This document shows positions 1 through 10,793 of a DNA stretch of 64,000 nucleotides, piece by piece; position 1 is the stretch's first letter; each line of letters opens with the position of its first letter. Source of the stretch: Amoebophrya sp. A120 (Eukaryota; Protista; Dinoflagellata); assembly GCA_905178155.1 (NCBI GenBank), contig CAJINV010000012.1, positions 3,281,144 through 3,345,143 of the forward strand. Direction: 5' to 3'. The translations under genes were made by a program, and so were the position numbers. The notes below the pieces were generated by a model. The model made no database searches, was not told the DNA's origin, and was given only the letters and a program-made list of their open reading frames with translations.

Positions 1-1094
1 GCATCCGCGGGCCGCTGGTGTGCTTTGGCCCGCCCGAGCACGACACATTTTACGTGTTGCACTACAATGGGTTCATTTACGAGGTCAGCATGGTCGCCAG
101 TAGCGGGGATCACGCAGTGGCAGGAGGGTCTTTTGGGGAAGACGGTAAGGGGAGTTTTTTTGGGAGAAGTAGAACTCAAGGATGTTCTTTGTATTGTCAT
201 GTTGAAGCAGCTCTTGCACAAGAAACGAGGAGTTTTGATGTCTTGCATGAAAACAGCAGGACAAGCAGCATGAAGATCCTCTACAATAATTTTTGCAAAA
301 AGAGTACTACTATCGTGCTGTCCGCTACACCAGGTGCGACTCCCAGCAGCGGTGCACTTTTGCGTGGTTCGTTCCTGACAAACCAACTGCAGGCCAGCCC
401 CAAGCTGTCAGCGACAAACACAGACACCACAAGTAGCCTCGCGGGCGGCGGCGGCACCAGTAGTTCTAGTGCAGCAGCTGCCTCCGGGCAAATATGCATT
501 GCAAAGATGACGTTTGGGTCTGGGTAAATGACATGCTGAGCAGCAGCCTTGCATGACAAATACAAGGCAATCTTTAGTGCTGCATGATTGGAACATCAGA
601 TTGTTTTCTGATCTTCGTGCGAGTTCATCTGCCATCTTTAGTATGACAGTCTGATCTTCACCGCATGAGAAAAGCATTCGCCGATAATCCTCTCCATGCA
701 ATACAGATCTGGGCGTCGCGCAACTCCCGCATCACAAGTCCAGACCCAGGCAGCTGCATATTTGCAATGCATAGAACATGATCGGACAGCACCTGAAGGA
801 GGTGATTCCGGGCGTCCACGTCCAGGCAACCACCCATTTAGTTCAGGCGCACGCGTTATGCATGGCAAAAGTATCGTACTGGTATAAATCGCATGACAAA
901 TTAGCTCAGCATGAGAAATGGAATTTGTCATGCTGATTTACCTCGGGATGGAGATTTGTAATGCATGACTGCGATTTTTACTACGAGTGCGATGCTTTTG
1001 CACAGGATACGCATGGTTCGCGTCGAGGCCTGATTTCCAGATGCACAAACAAATCGTCGGAGCGGACGATGAGGCGGATTGGCAGCTGATATAA
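1..1094 (+). CDS. 3' part of a multi-exon gene, possibly WD40/PROPPIN-like (5' end outside window)
   Basis: Removing elements 493-773 and 857-1009 (+5 nt each) gives the open frame ...SGQMIGQHLKEVIPGVHVQATTHLVQAHAWFASRPDFQMHKQIVGADDEADWQLI*. The start VCFGPPEHDTFYVLHYNGFIYE only loosely resembles a last propeller blade. Confidence 0.5.
493..773. mobile_element. Introner element, family A (diverged)
   Basis: TATGCATTGCAAA..TGGGTCTGG / CCAGACCCAG..TTTGCAATGCATA; flanks GCAAA/GAACA. Confidence 0.8.
857..1009. mobile_element. Introner element, family G (short)
   Basis: TATGCATGGCAAAAGTATCGTACT / AGTGCGATGCTTTTGCACAGGATA; TSD CGCGT/CGCAT. Confidence 0.85.
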
Positions 1095-1593
1095 TGTTGA
1101 GCATCTATCACGAACACGATGTGGAGATATTTTTTACAAGAAAGCGAAGGGAATTCAATGGGTCAAACAGCTCAAGAACAGGTCGTAGAACTAGAAGAAC
1201 AGAAACAGATTAAGAATAAGTTACAGTTTTGGATGATTTAGAAAGATAGATGGATACGAAGTAATAATAATTGCCACCACGTGTTACATCGAGAATCTCA
1301 ATCTGCAGTGGAATTTGAAGGTGCTTATCCAAAGCCATTTTGTGCGATTCGTGTAGGTTAGGTTCTTTGGAAAATGAAAATAAGCAAGCGAGACACTATG
1401 GTTGGCCGTGGCTCCACCTTCCGCCGAGTTAGAAAAAAACACGTCACTTAAGAAGATGCAAAGACCATCAGGCTTCTTTACCCACCGGGTCCGGGACCGG
1501 CCGCGAAAGATATTCGTTACTATCCCCGATGAAAAGGGAGACGAGCCAAAAATAAACGTCCATTTTGAAAAGAAGAGTGGCGCGCGACGGCGA

Positions 1594-2022
1594 TCACGCG
1601 GGATCTGTGTTCTTCCAGCAGCACGTGTTGTTCTGGGTTCTGGCACGTAGATGAAACGGTTTTCTCATTTCGAGTTGAACTTCATCGTGTAGTTGGTGTA
1701 TGGCGTCCCTGCTGCTTTCCAACACGGGCATGAGTGGAACCGTTGAGGAGCTCTGGTTTTTTTCGGAATCAGATGGAGCGGAACTAGATGAAATGTTTTC
1801 GAAGTCAAGATGATTTTGGCGTCCGAAACTCCGGTCAAGATAATATGCCGCAGCAATAGAGTTTGTCGGTGCTTTCTTTAGCTCGTAAGCGACATGCGGC
1901 GAACGTCCGTACCAGGATAAAAAAGTAGCTGTACTAGAACTAGCAATGCAAAACATGATGGCATAATCCGCATCTGAGCTGCAACGCAGTAGCTGCTTTA
2001 TCTGTGAAACTTCTAGCATCAC
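1594..2022 (-). CDS. Possible exon of a hypothetical minus-strand gene
   Basis: 142-aa ORF, no recognisable motif. Confidence 0.2.
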   Translation of the reverse strand: MMLEVSQIKQLLRCSSDADYAIMFCIASSSTATFLSWYGRSPHVAYELKKAPTNSIAAAYYLDRSFGRQNHLDFENISSSSAPSDSEKNQSSSTVPLMPVLESSRDAIHQLHDEVQLEMRKPFHLRARTQNNTCCWKNTDPA

Positions 2023-2401
2023 ATTGACTTAAAAATATCGTTGAGACCGTATTGAGTATCTACATTTCAATACATCATCACGTAGCTGCTTTAACTACAT
2101 GCGGTCGAGAAAGAGCGACTTTTACTAGCCATTCCCTTGTTCGGCGACGTCGAGCAAAACAGGCCGCATCTTCGCGGACCGCATACAAGCACATCAATTT
2201 TCCTGGCCGTATTTCTAGCAGGCAGCAATTGTAACTGCATCTTCTCGTCCCTTCTCGCGCCTCGGACGATTGACGATACTTTCACACGACTTGTTTCCGC
2301 CGTCTGAGAAAAACCCCTATGGCTGTGATGAGCGAAGTACCCAGATCGCCAACACCGGACGAAAATGCGGACGAGGAGCCGCCGAGGTACAGTAGTAGAG
2401 T

Positions 2402-2653
2402 TATGCATTGCAAATATGTCTGGGTCTGGAAGAATGCAAACTTGTGATGCGCATTTCCCAACACATAAAAATCTCTCATGCATAGGCAGCAAGAGTTGCC
2501 CACTTTCTGTCACCAAAGTGGGGCATTTGTCATGCAGATTCGGCATTGCGGAAGCTTCTCGAAACCTGTGATGCTAGAGCTTCCATGCTAGACCTTCTGT
2601 GTCATGCAAAAGCAGCGTGACTCTTGCAGACCCAGACATTTTTGCATTTGATA
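2402..2653. mobile_element. Introner element, family A
   Basis: TATGCATTGCAAATATGTCTGGGTCTG / CAGACCCAGACATTTTTGCATTTGATA; TSD AGAGT/ACAGT; interior matches copies at 24842 and 58922. Confidence 0.9.
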
Positions 2654-3090
2654 ACAGTGGAGTACTTACAATTTTCTAATTCTGAGTACACACTACACAT
2701 TTCTTTTTCTGGATGTTGTGCTGTCACGGGAAATTCATTCTTGCGGTGTGTAAAAATTTGAATTCGTCGTGCAGGTCGTGGTCGTTGTCGTACAATTGAG
2801 AATGAAAAACTTCCAGGTCACCACCTCCCACCGACGCACCAAACGGCCAGGCAAACGGCAACGGTGCTATGAAAATGGACGAAACGTCAATTTTGTGTAT
2901 GGACAAGCTGTGTCGTGTGCTGTGCTCATCTTCATTCTAAGCGTCATGGAAATTCACAGCTAAGTAGTTTCGCAGAAGAAAGATCAGGCTTTTCGGATGC
3001 TGAAAAACTTGACAAGCCAAACCACGAGCACGACACAGAGTGTTTACTTACTCGAAGTAGTGCTGTTTTTCCAAATCCATACCTCGCCAG

Positions 3091-3591
3091 CCAGCATTTC
3101 CGAGCGGGTATGGCGCCGACGGTCTGCACGACTTTGAGAAGATAAATAACGAGCTGCTCGGAGCAGAAATAGTACAGAAATTTTTTCGAAGGGATTTTTT
3201 GTCCTGCGATTGGTGTCGCTGACATTCAGACAAATTGTCTTTGTTCTGTGAGTGCGGTAGTTCTAGAATCAATACAGGGGCAGCGCATGATGGGCATGAT
3301 GTCTCAACAGACTCGAACTTGTTGCATCTAATATCAAAACCAATAAAACAGACACTGAAAGTTCCGCACCCCGAAAAAGGCGACTCGGCCTTTATACAGA
3401 TGCACATGGGTCACGATGTGGCAAGGGCGAAGCACCTTCTGGCCGCGCAGTGGGGGGTGCCGTACAGCAGTTTGAAGCTCTTCATAGACGGCAAACTGAT
3501 GATGGATCCCCTCTCACTGTGTGACATCGCAGCCGTAAGAGAAAACGAAGCCATGGGAATGGTGGAAATCAAGGCCGAGCTGACATCATAG
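3091..3591 (+). CDS. Small ubiquitin-like-domain protein (start uncertain)
   Basis: GT-AG intron 3172-3351 joins GYGADGLHDFEKINNELLGAEI to TLKVPHP..MGHDVARAKHLLAAQWGVPYSSLKLFIDGKLMMDPLSLCD, a ubiquitin-fold pattern. Confidence 0.6.
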
Positions 3592-4365
3592 AAGTGCTGT
3601 ACTTTTTGGATTGAGAATTGTCACTCTGGTTTGTTGTTGCTTGAAATGAAAGACAAGCATCGCATGGAAAACTCCAACATGAAATTCCATCTTCGCGCAG
3701 AACGATTCTAGTAGTCCATGTTTATGTTTTCTCTCAGCAGGTAGAAAAGGCTGGGCCCGACGAGTAGTTTGCTGCTCCTTTTGTCTCTCATGGGAAGAAT
3801 GTGGGTTCTTGAGTCACGCCGACGGTAGTTCCTTCGTGCTAGTAGACGCAAGCCTGTTCTTCTTTTGTACCAAAAATTATGCTGACTCTGCATACTAGGC
3901 ACATTTTTGTGATACAGCATGTGCACGAGCGCGGCGTGGAGTGGACGCGCAGCGTCGGCTACTGGCGCTAAGGACTCACAACTTTCAGCAGCAGCTGTGC
4001 GTGTGTTGAAACTTCATCTGCGAAGATGAAAGAAGTGGTGGCACCTAAGATGAATTTCTGTATTTTTCAAGAAATCTACGACGGTCTACAACTAGAGGTG
4101 AAGCAAGCACGTTCTTGCGATGACAGATCTTGAGTGAAAGTGAATAGAAGCTGGTCGTATAGGAAAAAACTCAAGCCTGGTCGTACAACAATTTCTTCGT
4201 TGCAGAATAATTGTTTCGTTGAAAATGTCCCCCGCTCCTGTTCCGTACGACCTGCTTGCACTGGGCACGACCAAACTGGTCGTCGCCGACAACAGCGAAA
4301 GCGATACAGCAAGCCAACCGCAGTCTTTCCTGCGCTTTTCCACAAAATTAGAATGGGAGGAGACG

Positions 4366-4627
4366 TATCAACTGTAAAAATGTCTGGGTCTGGAAGAATC
4401 CAACTTGTCATGCTGATTTTAGATTCTAAAAAAATCTGTATTGCATGAGCAGCAAAGAGAGCCCAAGTTTTGCTACACGGAAAGAGCATTTGTCATGCGG
4501 TATAGGCATCAGGAAGCCCTCACAAAATCTGTGATGCTAGGGCATGCATCACAGACATCAGGAGTCATGCAAAATGTGCATGACAAACCTGGCACTCTTC
4601 CAGACCCAGACATTTTTACATTTGATA
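4366..4627. mobile_element. Introner element, family A
   Basis: TIR TATCAACTGTAAAAATGTCTGGGTCTGGAAGA; perfect TSD AGACG; 262 bp. Confidence 0.95.
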
Positions 4628-4691
4628 AGACGGGCTTAGTCAGCGCCTGTTGGCTGGAGGACGAGCACAGTACTACTTACTGCTACCGGAT

Positions 4692-4862
4692 TATCCCACA
4701 GAAAAAGACCGACAGGTCATATTTGTAATGCAAAAATAAATACACAGGAAAATCTGTCATGGGCGAGGCCATAGCATCCTGTTTAGGGCATGCAATACAG
4801 ATTTTTTTGTCTATTTATTTTTGCATTACAAATATGACCTGTCGGTCTTTTTCTGGGGGATA
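4692..4862. mobile_element. Introner element, family B (long TIR)
   Basis: ~50-bp TIR TATCCCACAGAAAAAGACCGACAGGTCATATTTGTAATGCAAAAATAAATA; perfect TSD CGGAT; 171 bp. Confidence 0.95.
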
Positions 4863-4907
4863 CGGATGAATTTTATTTCTCCTCGGCTGCGGATCAGAAG
4901 CTTTTCA

Positions 4908-7900
4908 ATGTCTTATTCACGGTATAAATGTACTTGAAAAGATAGATTACCGCATATTGCGTGCAAAGAAAGGTCCTGCAGGTAGTACGATGACAAGCCG
5001 CAAACTATGCAAGAGTCCATAATCCTAACAAACAAAACAGGTCACCTCGTCGTCGCGGCCACCTCCTCGCAACTCACCGTTCTTGACGCCAAGGATCGGT
5101 CCGTAGTCACCCAGGACGCATTCGAGGACTTCCAGTTTCGGTCTCTCACCCCCTACCGAAGCGAGCAGTTTCTGACCGCCAGCGACCGGGGTCTGCATCT
5201 CTGGGAGGCGGTGGGGGAAGTAAAAAATCATGAGCACGGAAACTTTGGAAACAACCTCGACTACCTGACGGACATCTTCGAAACCACCGCAAATGGGGGC
5301 TTCGATTTGGCCTGCGTGTCGAGCAACCAAGAGAAAACCATTGCGACGAGCACGAGGAGGAACGGGAAAGTGTGGTTATCGGGTAGTAGTTCATCCGCAA
5401 CATCATCGTCGAGAGATCCCACTGGCGCCACTTTCGCTGGCGGAGGCTTTTTCCTCGAGCCTTATGGCGTAGCTGCGGGGCCTTCACAAGGTACTACTGC
5501 TTCGACCCCGGTAGTCGACACGCTGACTTTCGCGCAGAAAAAGGACTTGCTTGCGGTGGCGTGGCAGAATTGTTCCGGAAAAATGCTTGGACAGTCTTCA
5601 CAGCCTTCCTCAGCTTCTACCTCATCCACCCGCACAGCGGTTTTTGACGTCACAACGGGGAAATGTGTCTACGAAACGAGTAACGATCATCTCCAAACCA
5701 GTACAATAAACCCAAAAAGCAACTACATCAACCGGAACAACAACAGCAACAACAAAAGCACGTTTCTCTCTTTCTCCCCCCACCACTCAGATCTGCTCAT
5801 TTCCGCCCATGCGAACGGGGTGATACAGTTCACTGACATTAAGTATCGCAAGAAAAAAGTGTTACAGTTACACATTGTGTTGCAGGCCACGCAAGACAGA
5901 CAAGTTCTGTCATGCCGGATATGCCTAGGAGCCTCGTTTACTATGTATTTTCTCGTAGGATTTCTGCATTACAAGTTTTCTCTCTCATGCTGAGAAATTT
6001 GTGTTGCTTAATTCACTACAAGTGTGGATCTGTAACACTTTTTTCGTGGGATATCAAGGTCGGCAGTTCTAGTACGCAGTCCTCTTCTAATAGTAAATCT
6101 GAAATCATAAAGTCCTTGAACACGAAGCAGAAACTCACCTCGCTCTCTTACTGCAACGACGGCATCCGCTTGGCGCTCGGGACGGAAGACAAGGGATTAC
6201 TGCTTTTCGACTTGAGGAAAGCCAGCGATCCCGTGTTCCCGAAGGTTCTTATGGAGGAGCCGGTGCGGTTTGTAAAGTGGAGCGGGAGTTTTAATTTCGG
6301 TGCAGGGAAAAGTCGTAACGAGGCAGCGAGCACGTCGCAGCGGGCTCCCGCTCCTGCTCGCGATGAACAGGATGCGAGCATTGCGGGGAATTCGCCGAAT
6401 CACCGGGAACGGAATTACTATGCGCGCGGAGGACAGCATCAGCAGCCGCGACAGCAAGATTCAGATTCTACTGCAGCGGTGGTCCCCAACTCCAACAATA
6501 GAACTACCAATGCATCCCGGCCTGTGATAGCCGAAGTGGCCGCCACAGCGGCTCGGCCGCAGCAGCAGTTTTACCAGCACCACCCCCCACCGCGGACGAA
6601 CAACTTTATTCGGGACCAGGTGCTCAGTGAGGCTTTTGCCAGTCGTGGAGAGCAACACAAACAGTATCAGCAGCAGCACGCCAATGAGACAGCTGACTTT
6701 CCCGAAATCGATGAAACCTTTCCCGAGTATGAGCCGCCGAACCGACAAGATTTTCTCGACGACGACAACCCACTGCAGCAAAATTTCGACGAAGACAGCA
6801 ATTTCGCGGGCGGGCGGTCAACGAATCATTTGTTCCACAGCAACTTCCACTCCGTGAAGAGCGATGCTAGCAGCCGCCCGGGGCCGCCACCGTTTATCGG
6901 GGGAGCAGGTGCAGTAGGCTCGGGGAGCAGTAGCAGCAGTAGTACTGGCGCAGCCGCAGGACATCATTTGAACGTAAGCGCCCCGATATCCTGGACCAGC
7001 GCGAGTCGGAAGAACAGCGGGGGAGCTGGAAATATTGCGGTGGGCAGCAGTAGTGGTGGCGGTGGCACTCAACAGAGTACTTCTGGCGCTGGCGCGACAG
7101 GAATAAATGCGAGCTCTTCAACTGTCAACCAGGGCGCGGGGAGCAATACTGTCAATAAGGAAAGAACTTTTTCTGGAGGAGGTCGAGGTAGGGAACACTT
7201 GAATGATAACCACAACCGCGTCCTCTCCTGTTCCAGAGCATCTCCAAATAGCAGCAAAGTGAACATTCCACCAGGAAACGCGAATGCCGCAAGTAGTTCA
7301 TCCGGCAGTTCATCCGGCGGTGGAGCGATGAGCATTTCGCAGGAACGCCTGGAGCAGGCGTTTGCAGCCCAGCTGCAGAAGATATGGCGTTCTCAAATGT
7401 TACATTCTGAACTGTTACATGAATTTGTAATGCAAGAATGGCAAAAGTGCAAGGGGCAAGATTTCGCTTTTTGCATCACAGGTTTGACACAGATTTAGAT
7501 GCTGTGTAGCCCTTCGGAAATTTGTCATGCGAAGCACCTTGATGATGTAGATACTGATGAGAGTTTTGCATGACAAATCATGTAACAGTTGAGAATGTAA
7601 CATTTGAGAACTCCATAGAAGATGGAGGAGAGATTTGAGGAGAGGCTGACAAGACAGCAGCGTCATATCAAATGTAAAAAAGTCTGGGTCTGGAAGATTC
7701 TGACACTTGTCATGCACGTTTTGCATGAGCCATGATGTCTGTGATGCATACCCTAGCAATACAGATTTCTTGAGGGCTTCTTGATGCCTATTCCGCATGA
7801 GAAATGCCTTCTCAGTGTAGCAAAAATTGCATTCCCTTTGGTACTCATGCAATACAGATTTTTTTGGAATCCAAATGCAGCATCACAAGTTGCATTCTTC

Positions 7901-8017
7901 CAGACCCAGACATTTTTACATTTGATACGTCATTTTGACGAGCAACTGCAGCGGCTGGGGTTTGATATAGCGCGGCAATTTCACGAACTCGAGTGTGGGG
8001 TGTTGTCCAGGACATAG
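4908..8017 (+). CDS. NEDD1/GCP-WD-like WD40 protein (both ends uncertain)
   Basis: WD40 segments (LSFSPHHSDLLISAHANGVIQFTDIK; LTSLSYCNDGIRLALGTEDKGLLLFDLR), low-complexity linker, then a coiled coil ending GFDIARQFHEL after removing elements at 5844, 7383 and 7666. Confidence 0.65.
5844..6053. mobile_element. Introner element, family C
   Basis: TATCGCAAGAAAAAAGTGTTACAG / CTGTAACACTTTTTTCGTGGGATA; TSD TTAAG/TCAAG; removal joins FTDIK-VGSS. Confidence 0.9.
7383..7617. mobile_element. Introner element, family D
   Basis: ~40-bp TIR TATGGCGTTCTCAAATGTTACATTCTGAACTGTTACATGA; TSD GAAGA. Confidence 0.95.
7666..7927. mobile_element. Introner element, family A
   Basis: Family A TIR; TSD CGTCA; interior reversed relative to 4366 copy. 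Confidence 0.95.
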
Positions 8018-8185
8018 TCAGAAGTAAAAAGATGTCTGGAAGAAGAATGAATTTGAAGTGGACTTCATCGATACTAACACGTATCAGCGAAGCAGTGCCA
8101 ACAAGTCAATGAATGACTGCCCAGAGAGTGCCGTTCTTTCCTGGCTACCGCAAGGAAAAAAAGCCGCGTTTTGTGGTATCCGGGT

Positions 8186-8310
8186 AGACCAGGGCCCCTG
8201 CTCAGACCAGGGCCCCTGGGACCAGGGCCCCCAGGACCAGGGCCCCTAGGACCAGGGCCCCTAGGACCAGGGCCCCTAGGACCAGGGCCCCTACGGATTG
8301 GGGCCCCTGC
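8186..8310 (+). repeat. Left subterminal tandem array, ~16-bp unit
   Basis: GGACCAGGGCCCCTAG-like unit repeated about 6-7 times. Confidence 0.9.
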
Positions 8311-8899
8311 GGACTGAACGGCATCCCGGAATCTGGTACACGGCGCGGCGCGGCCGGAAGCGGAGATGTCTACCAGCGGATCTTCCAGTCGAAATAATCT
8401 GGGCCACCAAGTAAGTATGCATGTCATGGGACTCCTAGTATCTGGCCAGGAGGTAGAAGAAGGTAGGCCACAAGTAATATGGGACGCAGTCGGCTGACTA
8501 CCCAGAGCATTTCTCTCACTTTCTAGATTCCTCGACGCGCGTCGGCGTCACAAGTTCTCAGTTGTGCAGACCCAGATCTATTTACAATGCAACGGGCATC
8601 GTTTTTTTTTGTAGTCAGCCACGTACTTGAGCTTCTCCGTCTGTCTTTTTTGGGTGGTGTCGTTGAGGAATCTTGTGCATTTTTTTCCCTTGATGATGCT
8701 TGTCTGAACGATTATTCTGTAAATCTCCGCCGCAGCTTCGATGTAGTATGGCAATTTCATTCTCGGTATTTTTTCATAGCGGCGCCATCGGTGCGTATGT
8801 GGGGTACGGAAATGCGCATTTTTTCGCGGCACCGACGACGGGCGGCGGGTTGGTGCGCAGTTGTACTGTCGCGCGATAGATATCAAGGGGAACTGCTTC

Positions 8900-9390
8900 G
8901 CATATTTTTCCGCCTGGAAATCCAGCTGGAAACATTCGGGAAGGAGATGCAGCCGAAGAGGAAGATGCCCTTTCAATGCATTTCCCGCTGGAAATCCAGC
9001 TCGAAACATTTGGAAAAGGCATCTGCGCTGCATTTCCGCCTGGAAATGCAGCTGAAGGCGCCTTTTCAATGCATTTCTTGCTGGAAATCCAGCTGGAATT
9101 ATTTGGAAAAGACATCCGCAGCGGATTTCCACCTGGGAATGCAGCTGCAGACGCCTTGTCAGTGCATTTCTAGACGGAAATCCAGCTGGTGGAAACATTT
9201 GGAAAAGGCATCTGCAGCGCGTTCCCACCTGGAATCGCAGCTGCAGACGTCTTCTCAGTGCGTTTCTAGCGGGAAATCCAGCTGGTGAAAACATTTGGAA
9301 AAGGCAGTTGCAGCGCGTTTCCACCTGGAAACGCAACTGCAGATGCCTTTTCAACGCATTTCTAGCTGGAAATCCAGCTAGAAATGCACT
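8900..9390 (+). repeat. Internal minisatellite, 93-96 bp period
   Basis: ATTTGGAAAAG(G/A)CA recurs near 9008, 9101, 9197, 9292; CTGGAAAT(C/G)CAGCTG subunits. Confidence 0.85.
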
Positions 9391-9935
9391 CGGTAACCAA
9401 ATCAAAGCAAGCTTGCTCGTGACATCACACCAGGGAGATCTTGATCTCTTCCCCCGTCCGCACCTGCGCATCCTGGGCAAAAACATGTGGGGATGTTTTT
9501 GCCCAGGTTCTGCTGCTACACATCATGTATCTAATTATTAGGTTCTGGCTTTTATAGGAATATCAATATGCGAAGCCTTTCCATGTCATACCACGCAGAT
9601 CAACACTTATGCTTTGCCTGTGCCTGTACACGTGCCCTGCGCGCCAAGTAACGACAAGCAGCATGAAGAGCCCAACAACTTTCCGCCGAGTCATGAAGCC
9701 AAAAATAAAGAAGCACAGTGAGACGCCACGACCGACGGGCGCCGTTTGTATTCGAAATGTGTGTTTCCCTGCAAAAGCATTGCTCGAGCGGACCGGGATG
9801 CAGCTCAAACTGCTAACGAGAGAGATCACAAATTGCCACCATGACCGCCAAGCTTTCCTTCGTTTGTACGTAGAGCGACGCCCCAACTTCTCCAGATCCA
9901 GACACCAGATTCCGGGATGCCAGATTCCGAGACAC

Positions 9936-10076
9936 CGTAGGGACCCCAGTCCGTAGGGGCCCCACTCCGTAGGGGCCCCAGTCCGTAGGGGCCCCAATCT
10001 GTAGGGGCCCTGGTCCCAGGGGCCCCTATTCCAGGGGCCCTTGTCCTAGGGGCCCTGGTCCCAGGGGCCCTGGTCT
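9936..10076 (-). repeat. Right subterminal tandem array, inverted relative to left
   Basis: CCGTAGGGGCCCCAGT and CCAGGGGCCCTGGTC units. Confidence 0.9.
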
Positions 10077-10793
10077 ACACCTTTACCGCGTTTTGTGATT
10101 GCGCCTCATCCGTGTTTTTCCCGCTGTCACTTTTGCAGAGGAGCGTCGTTGTGTATGTATGCAGGAGCAACAAGTCCTGCAGGGGGCGGGGTATAGTACT
10201 CAGTCACGTCTACACGCTTCGTCTCCTCTACAATCTCGCGGCCGAAAATTAGAAAGCCAGGCTCGCTGCGTCCTGTCGTCAGCGTACAGCAAGCGGTGCT
10301 CTTAAGTATAACTAAAAGTTGAGATGAAACCGAAACTGCAAGGTGGACGAAGACAGCTTCAGAGACAAAAGTTTCGACGAGAGTTCTTCATCCAGCGTAA
10401 AAAGTCTTGTGGTTGCTTCGTTCCTCTACTTACTTACCTAGGGTGCACGCACCTCCGTGCGCCATGTTCGTCGTTGCGTCGTGTGGTAGGTAGAAAAAGT
10501 GGAGCAGTTTCAAAGAGTTTGCGTGTTTATTTGTATCATTTTCGACGACAATCACTTTCAAAACGACCATCAACTCCCACTAGGCGATCGCCCATCGCCC
10601 TACGAGATGAATCTATCATGAGGTTGCGAAGCGTGTGGTCTTACCCACAATGTAGTTGTACAACTACGAGCTGGAAGTAGTAGATCTAGCGCGACAAGAA
10701 CATCTTCAGGCCGCTCCGGCGCAGCGGAGCTAGCCGCGACAGCGGGTTGGAACAGGCGGCATTCCTTCGCCGATTGACATTGATAAAATCGTC

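Larger units (their letters stand above)
8175..10087. mobile_element. Non-autonomous MULE/foldback-like DNA transposon, 1913 bp
   Basis: Ends GGTATCCGGGTAGACCAGGGCCCCTG / CAGGGGCCCTGGTCTACACCTTTACC; direct repeat GCGTTTTGT at 8166-8174 and 10088-10096; mirrored subterminal arrays; no transposase ORF. Confidence 0.85.

Noticed and set aside
8186-10076. CRISPR array in the regular 16-bp GC-rich repeats
   Set aside because: No unique spacers or cas genes; the arrays are mirrored transposon termini in eukaryotic DNA.
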